Notes: generated by a model not told the origin, from the sequence alone. Positions 38,227 to 52,891 are shown, counted from the first letter of the stretch. The stretch is DNA of 64,000 nt from Octopus sinensis (GCF_006345805.1 NC_043001.1:105958001-106022000); one strand, 5' to 3'. Translations and numbers: made by a program.

Positions 38227-39704
38227 CCACCTTTCCATCCTCCTCCCTTACTCCTCCTCCCCGTCTTCGTCCTCCTCATCCTCATCCTCAACATCATCAT
38301 CATTATCATCAGATACATAAAATGCTCCACTGCCTATGACTATGGAGCCATTTTTGTTTTGGCTAGCGTGTACAGATTTTTGGAAACTGAAAACTCGTCT
38401 CACCGTCTTCCGTCTTTGCCTGGGCTTTGTACGAGAAACCAGGATTTTCTTGCGTATAATAACCACACAACCGAAGCCTAAATGCTGCAGTTCCTATAAC
38501 AAGTTTGATGCGATGATACTCAGAGATGAGTGCCATAAATACAGTCTAGTTTTTGATGCGGAATATCTTCACGACTTGCTACTGACATATCTATAATTTT
38601 CTCAAATTATCACTGTTAAACATATCTTAGGCGATAGATAACAATCTTGCAAGAGTGTGAAACAGTTGAAGTGAATTTGCCTGACGTTTCTAATGATAGA
38701 AATTACTACAGGATCCATAATCTGAAATCTAGTAAGTTATCTATATACAAACCAATACCTTGAAAGAGAAGCAAGCGATATGAATATCAGATGTGTGCAT
38801 ATTACATAAGTCCTTTATAAGAGAATATAATACTCAACAAAATGCAGCGAATGTAACAATATTCTAGTATAACATATTTAGATAGGTCACTAATATAAGA
38901 TATCTCTAAGCATTCATTAAATAACACGGAGAGACTGAGGAATTTCAACCGTGTTTCGTGGTCTGCTACCACAACAGCTCCTTTATAGGATCCAATTAGC
39001 TCAAGACATCATCAGGAGGAACCACGTCCGCTTTCGGCCCCTACTCCTCTACCGTTTTGACGTAGCGGAGCCCCCCTTTCAGAGGTGTCTTCAGCTCTGG
39101 TGTTGGGTGCATGTCTGCTTTAATCTTCTTTCTTCTGTTCCCTTGCCTCTTCGATATAAGATGTTCCGGCGGGAATAAGAGAGCGCTAAACTTCATCAAG
39201 TATATATGAAATATAATAGACAAGAGTAAATTATTTTACATAATTTTAAGCAATGTTACAGCATCGTTGCAGCAAGAATAATGTTTATTGCTGGAAAGAT
39301 GTGAAAACTGTTGGTGATGTCAACATATTAGAATAAATTACACTTCATGGATTGTTAGTATTACTAAAGATAATTTCAGATCCATTTAAAAATGAGTCAT
39401 TGTAAAGAGCTGCCGATTCTGCGCAAAAACAAAAACGAAAATCAAGGTCTTTGCATTCATAGAAATAAATAGCAAGTTCTACTCACGGGGAAATATACAA
39501 CATCCACACAATGAATCGGAATCTGTGTGTGACAGATGAATTACATTGGATAATGTCGCTTAAAATATGGGTCGATAGGATCCACTGATGCTCGTAACTG
39601 CTGGAAGGTCTCTGATCAAAATGCATATCGTGTAAACCATGTGAGGCCTGAAAATTCGACATTTACGATATCCAGTGCTGCATTTTTGTTATATTCGTTT
39701 TTCT

Positions 39705-39890
39705 ATTCTTTTATTCTTTGTAATGTTTCAGTCATTTGACTGCAGCCATGCTGGAGTACTACCTTTAGTCGAACAAATTGACTGTCTGTAAGCCTAGTAC
39801 ATATTCTATTGGTCTCATTTGCGGAACCGCTAAGTTACGGGAACGTAAACACACCGACATCAGGTGTCAAGTGATGGTGGGGGACTATCT
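39705..39890 (-). mobile_element. SINE family A 3' module
   Basis: gtttcagtcatttgactgcagccatgctggag...gctaagttacgggaacgtaaacac. Confidence 0.75.
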
Positions 39891-39923
<33 letters not shown>

Positions 39924-39932
39924 ACACACACA

Positions 39933-40009
<77 letters not shown>

Positions 40010-40034
40010 ATATATATATAATATATATATATAT

Positions 40035-40230
40035 AGAAAATCCTAAAGAGAAACAAACAAAAAACAACAACGGGAGGACGTGGTACATGTAATGTATTAG
40101 CAGACTCTCAGGAAAGGAAAGAAAGATGGTTTAACGTTTCGAGTAGGCGCTCTTTTACGGAAACAGAAGAAAGCCCAGAAGAAGGGAAGACGGAGGAAGA
40201 AAATCGCCAACGATTCATATGTGGTTACAT
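40035..40230 (-). mobile_element. Penelope-type short repeat with decayed hammerhead-like motif (40129-40164)
   Basis: Minus strand GUUU CCGUAAA A GAGC GCCU ACUC GAAA CGUU AAAC. Confidence 0.45.
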
Positions 40231-40241
40231 TTTGAAAAATC

Positions 40242-40278
<37 letters not shown>

Positions 40279-41181
40279 TACGTCTACCAAACCCGAAGCT
40301 ATAGTAGAAGACACTTTCTCAAGGTGTAACACCATTGAGAAACAAGCTTTCTACAGTACAACCACTCATATGCGTTGAGGGAAAATTCTATACAGTTTTC
40401 TTTTATTTTAAATGAGTAAACAGATATTTAGCGTGAGAAAACCAGGTGATCTAGCGAATTATTGTCATTTTCTCGAAAAATAACGGAAACAAAAACAGAA
40501 GTCTCAATCATCTTTTTTGTAGGAATTTCTCAAGTTTTCTAGTAATTTTACAAGTTTTCCTCTGCTATTTATATTTTACTAACAAGCAATGTATATTCAC
40601 TCAGATCACTTGCGGCAAGTACGTGTAGATAACTTAAAAGTAGATCGGCTGAACGAATAATGAAAATATCATATCGTTCCGCTGGAAGAACTTAATTGTC
40701 AGTTACCAGAGTTATTATTTAAATTTATGGTTTTCTAGCAGAATTTCAGTACAAGACAAGAAGACTGCAACAGATACTGTGAAGCTACTGAAGAACTCAA
40801 ATGTTTAAAAGCTTTAAGAAGTGCCTCAATAGAAGAAACCGAGAAAAGTGTGTAGTAAAATTAAATGGAAAAAGTTACAAAAATTTGACATTTATAGAAA
40901 TCAATATTACAGGAGTTACCCGACAATGAGAAATTATAATTAATATGAACTTCATTTTCCTGAAATAGCTACTAATTCTATATCAATCAACAATGAAATA
41001 TTGAAGTAAAACTGAGGACTTGAATACCAAATTTCATGCCAGAAAATGGTCGCGAAGAAAACACATGAGAACATAGATTATATCTGATTTTGAAATTAAA
41101 CAAACTCGAAACAGCGTGAATGATGAATCTAGTACATACATCATAACACCGATATATAATATATATGACTGTATATATATA

Positions 41182-41227
<46 letters not shown>

Positions 41228-41315
41228 TATATATATAATATATATATATATATAATAATAATATAATAATAAAATAATAATAATAATAATAATAATATAA
41301 TAATAATAATATATA

Positions 41316-41348
<33 letters not shown>

Positions 41349-41392
41349 AATATATATATATTTATATAATAATAATAATAATAATAATAATG

Positions 41393-41444
<52 letters not shown>

Positions 41445-41542
41445 TAATAATCTATATATATTATATATATATATATATAGATATATATATATATATATAT
41501 TATAATAATTTAATTTTTCATTTTGAATTGATAAAAGGTGTT

Positions 41543-41587
<45 letters not shown>

Positions 41588-41589
<2 letters not shown>

Positions 41590-41770
41590 AATTTACAGAA
41601 AAAGAACAGAAAATAGAGACGAGTGTGTAACCAACAAACAGATTATTAGTTTAACGCTCGGGAAGTTAAAGAGTCGTTTACGTTCTGTGCCTACACTCTT
41701 CAACAGAAAGGAACACAGAAATAAGCAGAGAGAGAAAATCTAAAAGTCTTAGTGGCTAGCGATCAATCAT
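41588..41770 (-). mobile_element. Degenerate homolog of the 16280-16440 repeat
   Basis: caacaaacagattattagt...ctcttcaacagaaaggaacacagaaa aligns with 16330-16420. Confidence 0.6.
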
Positions 41771-42517
41771 GTGTGTGCGTGTGTGCGTGTGTGTGTGTGT
41801 ATGTGCGTGTGTGTGCATCTATATGCAACAATTATCAATTGTAGAAATACATAAAAAATGTGGGTTAAGAGAATTTAAAATTACCATTGGACAGATATTT
41901 TTAAAACATCAAGTGTTCTACTGTTCACAGAAATAGCCTTGTAATTTTAAACTCCTAAAACACCAATTTTTAAAAATATATATATTTGTAACCTTGATAA
42001 AAATATGTCGAAAATAGTTTTGCGTGTGAATAAATTTCTTTAAAAAAACGGCTACGCTTTATTCAGATTTGGGTTGCATTTTAACACCCGAAAACAAATT
42101 CTATATTTCTCCTCCATAGGAATAGACTTCTTCTTTCGATATACGTATACATATTAATTAAGCAGAAAATGTAGAAATCAAGATCAACGACAATTGACTA
42201 AAATCGATTATTATATTTTGATGCAAAACTTTATCCCATCTAACAGCCGTTTCTGCTTCCAATCTCCTACGGTGTTGCCACTGAGAATAATATTCATCAT
42301 ATTGCAGTGTAACACTTCAGGACGTTGGGTAAATGACAAAATTAGAAATATTAATTGGCAGGATAAATTCATTCTTATCTTTGTCATTACCTGTAATCTA
42401 TGAGCATAGTATGCTTGCATATGTATACCCAGGGTTAACATAGGTAATTTATACACCGGCAGCAAAAGCGGATATTTTATCCCTTAGACGGTTATTCCCG
42501 CCTCTAACTCTGCTAAT

Positions 42518-42569
<52 letters not shown>

Positions 42570-43144
42570 GTGTGTGGTGTGTGTGTGTGTGTGTGTGTGT
42601 GTAGTGTGCGTGTATGTATGTATATATGTATGTACGTACGCATGTATGTATGTATGTATGTAGATATACATACAGAGAGAGAGAGAAAGAGAGAGGAAGA
42701 GAAGGAGATAGATACCTAGATAGACCGATACCAACATACAAACACACGCATACACACACACATATACATATGTAGACATATACGTATATTTGTATTAAGA
42801 TATATTTATTTTTTGCGTATACGTTAACGTAAATATACACATACATGTGTGTATCTGTATATATATATATATATCAATCCCACGGAGGAATGAAGACGGT
42901 ACGGTTTCATAATGTTACAATGTCTTATTACAATGTCTTATTATGGCCTAGAATATTTTATTATCAGTTAACTCATTAGTTTATATAAACCGTGCTCCGT
43001 AGAGATGAAACCGTTCCTCTAACCGTTCGAAACGATCATTGCCCTGCAAAATATTTATGTAAGAATGCCTTTTCAACTTTTCGTCTCCTGCTTTTTATAA
43101 TCTGTGGTAAATGCAACAAATTGATGTTGGAATCCCCCTAGGAT

Positions 43145-43693
43145 TTACAATATGCAGGCAATGTTCTGGGGATTTAATCCATACGGTCTTTCAGTTTCTT
43201 CCTTTGGCATTCTGTGAGCCAGATTTTTCGCACGGATTGTTGACTGAGTTATTCGCCTGGATTCCTTTGTAAATGCAAAAGAATGAAAATATTGATGTTT
43301 GCAATACTTCCGACCATGTTCTTGCATAGTCGAACGTGAAAGTGACAATTTCCTGTGAGTTATCACACTGGAGATTGGCATCCTACTGTTCCTTCTAAAT
43401 ATATGGAAACAACACATTTCCACATAGTTTTTAAGCTTAATTTTCAGTGTCCTCCGATGCAATGTTCTGAACTGAAGAGACATTTTCACATATCTCTGTA
43501 TCACCTGTATCGAAGTCAGTAACACATTTGTGTATAACATTTGATGGTGATTATGATGGCGATTATAATGACGATAATACATGTGTATCAATATACATAT
43601 ATTTCTGAGTTTGTGCAGCATGAGTCGATTTATCTTTCTTGGGTAACCGGGAAGATTATACGGATAGCGTTGTGTTAAAAAGAACATTAACAT
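43145..43693 (-). CDS. Uncharacterised 182-codon ORF; no recognisable domain, may be spurious
   Basis: Longest ORF in the window that is not built from a microsatellite. It has a TTG start, no clear splice sites and no homolog I recognise. Confidence 0.15.
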   Translation of the reverse strand: MLMFFLTQRYPYNLPGYPRKINRLMLHKLRNICILIHMYYRHYNRHHNHHQMLYTNVLLTSIQVIQRYVKMSLQFRTLHRRTLKIKLKNYVEMCCFHIFRRNSRMPISSVITHRKLSLSRSTMQEHGRKYCKHQYFHSFAFTKESRRITQSTIRAKNLAHRMPKEETERPYGLNPQNIACIL

Positions 43694-44579
43694 AGGTCAA
43701 TCCAGCTGCGAATTATCTTAACATATTGACTTCTGTGCCTTCCACCATAATCACCTGCTCAGTTCACCAGTTAAAATTTCGCCAAACAAAAATTTTTAAA
43801 ATAGACATATTTTTTTTTTTTTTTTTTTTATTATTATTTTATTTTACAAGAAAATCTGATTTCTTAATAAGACATAACTCTCTTAGTCTATGATTGTTGT
43901 TTGATAACCATGTAATCTTATTTGAAGACATATAAAACGCTACCAGTCTGGATAACTATCAAATTTTAAGAAGAGATAATCATACTTGAGAGAAATACAT
44001 GGACAGAAGCCAATTATAATTATCAATGATTGTTGTTCTGTCAGCAATCTCTCCATTAACGTGATGTACGAAACAATTTCTTGATCTTTGTCTGTTTGAT
44101 CGTTTGTCAAATGAGAGAGCAATATTCAGCCGCACTTTTTAAATCGTGTATTTCAAACACTTTTGAAGTAGTGAAGCATTTACAAATATTTTATAATTAA
44201 TTCCCTCGGTGTTTTGTAAAAGTAGATTCTTTTGTTTCTTGTGGCATGTCTGTTTCAGAAATAACTATGAAATTATACATTGCAAATGCCTTTGATTTTT
44301 TTTTAAAAAGGTGATACATATCCTAATCAAAAGTCTATATAGTTTTTTTTTTCATTTTGTATAATTTAGATATTTGTTTAGTAATAAAATGTAGCTTTTA
44401 TAGTGCAAAGAAAATAAAGTAGAGTCCCTCGAGTAATTAACAAAACCCGCAGTAATGTGTTTGATATGCTTGTGAGTGTGTGTGTGTGTGTGTGCTTATG
44501 CATATATGGTTGTGACGCAAACACGTACGCACACTCACTCATTCATTCACTCACTCATTCTTACACATACACACACACT

Positions 44580-45060
<481 letters not shown>

Positions 45061-45561
45061 GTATATACATATAGAAAATCCTCTGAAATAGATACACATA
45101 TAATGTTTCGTACGAGTGAAAATTTTGCAAGAGTAAAGAACTATGAATATGCAACGACATCAGGTTTGTTCCGCTCTGCTCATTGAGTTGCGGAAACGAC
45201 TTTTAAAGAAAGAAATCAGTCGAGAAAAATAGTTATCTATCCATGAGATATCATTTGAAATTCTCATCACGCTTCTTAATTAGTTCAAGAAAAATTTTAA
45301 ATTTGAATAGATTCTTAAAATATCATGAGCAAACTTTAGTAATTAATAAAACAATATACTTTTCTTAAATAAATTGCATCGCAATCATTTTTTGAATTAT
45401 TGTTGAAAATTAGTTTCAATTGAAATCTTCAAAAACAATGTCACGCAAAGAAAAGAATTTTAACATCGCTTCGTTCTTCGTTCCTTCATCATCCTTTGAC
45501 ATCTGCCGCTAACTATGATAACTAAACATTCGTATGTTGTTACTCTCATATAACCAGGTGC

Positions 45562-45889
45562 TGTGAGGGCGCGTGGCTTAGTGGTTAGGGCATTCGGCTC
45601 ATGATCGTAAGGTTGTGAGTTCGATTCCCGGCGACGCGTTGTGTCCTTGAGCAAGACACTTTATTTCACGTTGCTCCAGTCCACTCAGCTGGCAAAAATG
45701 AGTTGTACTTGTATTTCAAAGGGTCAGCCTTGTCACTCTCTGTGTCACGCTGATTATCCCCGAGAACTACGTTAAGGGTACACGTGTCTGTGGAATGCTC
45801 AGCCATTTGCACGTTAATTTCACGAGCAAGCTGTTCCGTTGATCGTATCAGCTGGGACCCTCGTCGTCGTAACCGGCGGAGTCTTTTTT
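45562..45889 (+). mobile_element. Full-length SINE family C (tRNA-Met-like head) with 11-bp target-site duplication
   Basis: TAACCAGGTGC at 45551-45561 and 45890-45900; A box tggcttagtgg; ggctCATgatc at the anticodon position; B box gttcgattcc. Confidence 0.9.
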
Positions 45890-46242
45890 TAACCAGGTGC
45901 ACGTTTTGTATTCTAAACCCATTTTCTAAATTCGTGGAACGTGGTAAAAATGAATCTTATTCTCAGAATAACAACACATTATTTCTAATATTTTCCCAAG
46001 GACAAAAAATTGGAAGAGAGTTAATTAGTGAACTGGATCCATTCCACTGTTGGAAATTTTATTTTAAAAAGACCAGAAGTTTAATAGGCTTAACATATTG
46101 CATGGTGTTTTGAATTCAGAACGTAGAGAGATGGGTCTAGAATCGGAAGGCATTTGTTTTGATACCTAGACGATTCTCTCAATTCACATCCCTACATTTT
46201 TATTGAATACTTATAACGTGCTGCTGAGAGAAAAGATTCTGA

Positions 46243-46440
46243 ATGGCACAAGGCCTGAATTTTTGGGGGAGGGGCCAGTCGATTAGATCGACTCCTGTTT
46301 GTAAATGATACTTAATTTATCGACCCCCGAAAGTAAGAAAGGCAAAGTCGACCTCGGTGGAATTTGAACTCAGAACGTAGCAGCGGGCGAAATGCCGCTA
46401 AGTATTTCGTCCAGCGTGCTAACGACTCTGCTAGATCGCA
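46243..46440 (-). mobile_element. SINE family B (a more decayed copy precedes it at ~45995-46195)
   Basis: ggcaaagtcgacctcggtggaatttgaactcagaacgtagcagcgggcgaaatgccgctaag. Confidence 0.85.
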
Positions 46441-47489
46441 ACTTAGTGAATGGATAAATGATATAGTGGTAAATATGTCTTAGGAAAATATTGTACTATA
46501 GAAATGAATTGAGTTGCAGAAGTACGAGTTAAGCGTTATTACGAATAAATCTTTGGTTACATGCGTTTGAATCAGTCAGTTTGACGAGCACCAATTTAGA
46601 ATAGTCAGCTCCCATTCAGGGTCAGTATAACTGAAACACTTGTTTCAAATCATATGTGATTCTTCCACTTTCGGAAAGCTAATATAGAACTAATCCAAGA
46701 GATAATAATATACTGTGATTGCTTACTGTAATGGGGATTGTAGCTACACGTCGACGTTGATGCTATTAAACGAAGACAAAATATCCAGCTTAGATATTAA
46801 TATATTTTTCCTAAAGCATATTTGTATAGACAAAATTGCTTTTCTTGCGACACAGGTGTCAGTTGAACATTAACTGTGATATATATTTGATCAAGTTGAC
46901 TGTGAGGGCATATAATATGCATATTTTGCTTATATATAGTTGCATTATTTTAAATCGGTCCATTGCTTTAATATTTAAAGTCTTATATATGTAGTATGCT
47001 ATTTGTCTCAATAAAGCCACAATGTGATCGTTTCAAGCATAAATATTTGTCAGCGTATATACGAAAAGAAACCAAACATAACGCATTTTGTTTCACGAAC
47101 AAAACATATAAGCTATTGATTTATAAGTACACCTACATTCCACATTGGCAGCTGCTGTGTTCATAACTTTATGGAAATAGATATGCCTCTTTATATTATC
47201 TACTTTTTCGTTTCGAAATATCTCCTTTTATCACATGTATCAATATATTATACAGCAAAGAGGCGCTAGTTGTAATGTTTATTGTAGTCTGTAAGAAGTA
47301 ATAAGAGATTTAAAAATATATTGCTTCCATGATCTTACTATTAAACAATTCCGTTGTTTGGCTGCAGGTACTAGCATGTTCATCGTGGGCTGAAGTAATA
47401 TTGGTGAGCGGAAAGTAATTGCGCTTTCAGATTTGAAATTTATTGAAATATCTCTCAACAGATAATATCTTTTTTTACCTTTCTGTTTT

Positions 47490-47765
47490 ACGTTTTTCGG
47501 TCATTTGACTGCGACAGTGTTGGGGCGTGCATCTTGAAAACATTTAGTCAAGAGCGTCGACCGCGGTACTTATTAAAGTATGGTGCTTATTTCCTTCTTT
47601 ATCGCTAAGTTACGGGGCCGTAAACACACCAACACACATTGTCAAGTAGTGCTGCGGGTCTACCACAGACAAAAAGACGCGTACACACACTCATATATTT
47701 ATACGTACACACAGACACACACATGCATACACACATCTACACACACAGACACACACACCTACACA

Positions 47766-47834
<69 letters not shown>

Positions 47835-47960
47835 AGGGCTTCTTCCAGTTTCTGTCCACTAAATCCACACTCAAGTAACTTAGTTAGTCCGAATCTGTAG
47901 TGGGACTGAAACCGGAACAATATGGTTGGGAAGCAAGCTTCTTACCACACAACCACGACA
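47490..47960 (-). mobile_element. SINE family A
   Basis: 3' module at 47490-47640, then (CA)n(TA)n, then a partial head ending cttcttaccacacaaccacg. Confidence 0.75.
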
Positions 47961-47979
47961 GCATCTATATATTTATATG

Positions 47980-48339
47980 CAGGCTATTCAAAAAGTCTTC
48001 TCAGTAACTATTTCATTGCAAAATAAATATTTATAAGATGGTCTGAGGCTACAAAAGAATATATTAGAATTTACAAGACTTTTAAAAACAACTTTATAGG
48101 AGGTATTGAAAATGTCGTCCATTATTTTCAATGCATAAGTTGACTCTTCTACACATCTTTTGAAATACATCTTGGAGAGTCTGACGCGGTACGGAAAGTG
48201 TGAAATTTCGGGCGATTCTTGTACACTGATCCTTTACTTGCTCCCCAGAAACAAAAGTCTGGTGGTTTTAAATCAGGTGATTTGATGCCCAAATCCTTAA
48301 CCGAAACATTCACTGCGGGGAGACTTTTTCAACACCCTG
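47980..48339 (-). mobile_element. Short non-autonomous Tc1/mariner derivative with the transposase C-terminus
   Basis: Imperfect TIRs CAGGCTATTCAAAAAGTCT / AGACTTTTTCAACACCCTG followed by TA. Minus strand gives SPDLKPPDFCFWG...VYKNRP and RRVNLCIENNGRHFQYLL*. Confidence 0.8.
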
Positions 48340-49038
48340 TATCTATTTCTTCATGTCACATTACCAAACATAGCATGACAAGGTTGATATTTAATGCATT
48401 GATAAACATTTACTTTAAGCAGGGAATATTCAATATTTCGTCATTTTTTTCTTGTATCCCTTAACGGTTAAAGAAAACACGATTATTGAATATCTGTTTT
48501 ACTCCTATTTTGCGCAAGGGAGTAAACTATATTGATTAGCATTGACGATAAGAGCACTTCATATTTCATTCTTAAAAACGTTGAGAACAATCAATTTTTG
48601 ATGTCAAATTTATAGGAAATTCTAATCAAGTACTAAAGTGCTTACAATATTCTATCTTTTACTGAGAAATATAACATACTCGATTATAAATACAGACATC
48701 ATTCTTAAACCAAAATCCATTTTAGTATACATCATTATTATAAAACTTGTAGAAATTTGTCAGTCAATTATAAGTTAGAGATTCTAATACAGTAATCGCG
48801 TTCTCATTTTCCAAAGTTTTCGTTTGTTTTCCGATGTTAGTGTAATAATATATTGGTCCCATAAGATGGGGAAATACATAAATTTTTATAACTATATCTT
48901 TCATTCGATTTCGGCATTGGACCAAAAATATATAACTATATGTATGCGTCAATGTTTGTTCAAACACATATTTGTTTATATATGCTTATAAGTCTGTTCC
49001 TCTCTCTCTCTCTCTCTCCCTCTCTCTCTCTCCCTCTT

Positions 49039-49084
<46 letters not shown>

Positions 49085-49156
49085 CCATAAACAATATATA
49101 TATGCATATATACATACGTATATATACATACTTACATTTATACGTATATATATATA

Positions 49157-49187
<31 letters not shown>

Positions 49188-50242
49188 ACGTATATATGTA
49201 TGTATGTATGTATGTTTGTATGTATGTTTGTATGTATGTATGTATATGTGGCCATGGCGTCATGGAACGTGTGCAACAAAAAATACGATGTACGAGTACA
49301 TAGAATAAGAACTATTTTTACGAACAACGAAAGAGACAAATGGAAAACAAGACAAAGAACGACCACTCATCAGTTGTTGGCTGTTTTTTTCTAATTTCGT
49401 ATTTCGAGCATTTAGCAACAATATATGCTTTCGATAAAACAGTTGCTCCCATAAAGCAAATTAAATGAACGTTGGGATTTTGCGGAAGGTCAAAATTGGT
49501 AACACACACAGGAGAGTGAAAGTAAACAGGAAGGGCTGCTAAGCCCTGTTAATGAAGCTTGGACAGGAGACAGACAAGAACACGTCTACCTTGTTCAAGC
49601 TACAACAGAGAGAAAGAAAGAAACACCAGTTAGGAGAAGAAAGATGGCCGATGGTCAAGTAGGAGCCCCGTGAGCAAGGGAAGTGGAGTGAGGGAGAGAG
49701 GGTGACAGAGTAATAGGATAGCATAGTAGGAGAAGAAGAGGTAAAAGAGAAAAAGAGAAAAACGAAAGAGTAAAAAGATTGTATAGAATGCGCATCAGAA
49801 TTATATATATACAATTATGAAGTACTACTAATAGTTAAATGCTTTAAGGTACATTAAAATGGCATATATATATATATATATACACCATTTATTGCTAAGC
49901 AATCTTTTACGTCAGTTCATAACGTTATATGCATTTCCAAACTAGGATACAAGACCATGAATTAAAAAATTGAGTAAAACAACAAATAAATCGTTGCTAT
50001 TATGCAAACACAACGTGAGTCCAAAACGTTGCCTTTTTCAGAAAACGAAAAAATAATTCCACCATTCCAAAGCGAAACCGTTGTACTACACTTAGATACG
50101 TTTTGATATCTTGGCATGTGAAGCAGCTGGAGATACGATGGTTTGACCAAAATAACCAGCTGTTGCAAGCAAAAAAAAAAATGTTTAAAAAAAAACGTAT
50201 TTGGCCAAATTTGGACATACGAGAGTTTAACAAAATAGCAAT

Positions 50243-50282
<40 letters not shown>

Positions 50283-50317
50283 GTATGTATGTATGTATGT
50301 ATGTATATATATATATA

Positions 50318-50630
50318 TGGTCGACTCTCCCGCCGTTAGACGACGTATGATGGATCGACAATTTCATATTAAACATTCACACACATTATTTGTTTATGAT
50401 TATCATACGTTTGTGTAGGCATAAGCTCGCTCCAGCCATCAAATCGATATTACCCGTGAACTTGCTACGGGCGCCACATGTCAGATGATCGCAGAGAAAC
50501 GTGAAATGAAGTGCTTTGCTCAAGAACACAACAAGATATTTCCTTCCAACAAGATATTTCTGGTCGGGGAATCGAACCCACGGTCTCGAAGTCTTGAGTG
50601 CAACGCCTTAACCACTGAGCCATGCGCCTT
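50318..50630 (-). mobile_element. SINE family C-related copy, tail type 3
   Basis: aacgtgaaatgaagtg...ggggaatcgaacccacg...taaccactgagccatgcgcc; internal 14-nt duplication caacaagatatttc. Confidence 0.7.
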
Positions 50631-51499
50631 CACACACACACACATACACACATACATACATACGTATATACACACATACATACGTACATACATATATGAG
50701 ATTATGTGTTGAAGTATAGCTACTAATGTTCTTTTTTAACATCTACAAGGTAACAATATGGATGGCATGATGAAGGAAGGTATTTCGTGAATGATCTTTC
50801 TGAGGTATATATGAGTGTGTGTGTTTCTGTGTGTGTGTCTGTGTGTGTGTGTGTGCGGGCGTATGCCTGCGTGTGTGTTTCTCCTAATGTGTGTTTGCTT
50901 TTGTAGATGTGTAATTGCAACTGCGTGTCTTTAGAAGCTTACATATAGGAATGAATGTATGAGAAATTGACTTTAAACATGTCTTATTGGGTATAAAATC
51001 TTAAATACATCAATTATAATCCAGACAGCGTGTAGGAGGCCACCAAATCAGCCGTCGGTCCAACATAGCTAATATCTCTTCTAATGCTCCGGCACAAACG
51101 GAATGCGGGGCGTGATTGTCCATAAGAATCAATTGTTTTGCAAAGCTGTTTTATCCGTTTTTATAAACAAATTGTTTTTTTTTTCCCGTTTGTTTGTAGA
51201 AAAATAGATTCTAAATCACTCTACCATTTCAACGTCATGCTTGCTTTCCCTATTGCCCCTGGTGTTGGTTATAATATATTACTTTCACAGATCAACGCCT
51301 ATATTTAAAATCTGTATTCATAGTTTGTTATTGTGATTCTAAACTAATGCAAACAGATTACTATTAGCTTATGTTATTGGTTCAATGAATTTCAAACACG
51401 AGTAAGTTTCACTCTACTTTCTCAAGATTTCAAGACAAATAAAACCATTGCTTCCAGCCCTGAAATAGATTGAATTAAAACAGGCAAAACAAACTCTAA

Positions 51500-52700
51500 A
51501 AAGATAAAAAATATTTATCAAAATTGTTTGGTAAACATATTTTCATGGACAGTAATTTGATGCAATGTTATTTTTAATTTAAGAGGATATTGATTTCTAT
51601 AATCATTTAATAAGGAGTCGATACGGAGAAACAATCCAAGCACATTATCTGAACGTTGCTCATAAAACAATGCCTGGAGGCTGTTCGGTTGGAAGAAAGA
51701 CATCATATCTCTTTGTATCTTGGGAGGGTCATTAGGCCGATAGAAATTAAAATATACACTTGCCGATTCAATAATACTTTTTATTTTACCAAATGCCATC
51801 CAAAGTACAATTAATCGATTATTAATTTTCTGACAGAGTCCTTTCGTCGCTGTTCACAACCTCATCAATTACTTGTCCTCACCATCTCAAAAACTATTTC
51901 AGAATCCGATTGATTATCAACCAAAGTATTGGATAGTTACATGATAACATAAAGAAGTCGTATGGAAGCATTACTTTTGTTTATTTTAATTTTCACTTGC
52001 ATAATGACCTTCTCTATGCATAACAAAGTTTGTTTCAAAACGCTATTTCACATCAGGTATCTTGCAAACCAAACACAAAAACGAAGAATCTAAAACTCTC
52101 ACCAATTATTTCTTACAATTATATGTTAATTGCTTCTAATCTAGATCCAAATTTCAATTTTTTCTCTTGCTCAATTTAGTAATTTCTTATTTCAGCACTG
52201 TCTTGATCGATACATTTGAGATCCTTCTTTCATCACAACTATTTGCTGCAATGAATGAAGGAATACACGAAAGAATTGTTAATTAATGTGACGCAAATGA
52301 AGTACAAGAGATAATTATATCATAATTCTCATAACCCACAACGGCAGTTGTATCCGTCACCAATTTCATATGTTTTTGGATAACAACTACTTGCATCAAC
52401 TATATGCTTTTATCATCACTGAACTTGTGGATCGTGTGAGAGGATATGAGATGTTTGACCTTCTAAAGTTATAATAGCAAGGAAAATGGAGGAGTGTTTC
52501 ATACAAATTTGTCTTCTATTGTCCATGGAAGCTATTGGTCTATTTCGAAGCTAACTTTGAGGAAGTTGCACCTTAAATACCGATGAAAGGCTAGCAACGA
52601 GCTACATTTTGCAGATATATGGAGAAAACGGTTTCATACCGAACAAGTGATATTGTAAAATATAGTAATGTGTTTCAGAATACCATTCACAGTTATAAGT
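51500..52700 (-). mobile_element. Highly decayed RTE-clade LINE reverse transcriptase remnant
   Basis: Motif traces in the expected order and rough spacing: NRPI (~52540), GYE (DYEKAFD-like, ~52335), WFA (FADD-like, ~52065), GQVI (~51885), WMAFGKIKSI and NVLGLFLR. The 51518-51799 ORF is part of this. Confidence 0.45.
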
Positions 52701-52891
52701 CCTGACCTGACATCATCCGATACCTCAAGGTTTAACATTAGCAAATGGAAGGAAATATCTCTGTTTACACGTTGTACAGTTTATATATTACTACAGATAA
52801 TGACATCTTCTGTTGTCATTATCCATCAGGCAATATAGGTTACATGATTTGATCTATAAACCCACATCACTAACAATAGAACGTGTTACAT

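Noticed and set aside
38388-38480. 90-nt minus-strand AG...GT segment as a symmetric exon
   Set aside because: No recognisable peptide and no partner exons; such site pairs occur by chance.
38955-39030. Minus-strand CUGAUGA...GAAAC pair
   Set aside because: Stem II does not close properly and there is no stem I.
42893-43015. Short inverted repeat acggtttcat/atgaaaccgt
   Set aside because: Only 10 bp, no TSD, plausible by chance.
49405-49445. Minus-strand AGCAU/AUGCU stem followed by C-GAAA
   Set aside because: The upstream core reads UAUCGA; too decayed to call.
51518-51799. 93-aa ORF as a host gene
   Set aside because: Better explained as part of a decayed RTE-type RT (WxAFGK motif preceded by GQVI).
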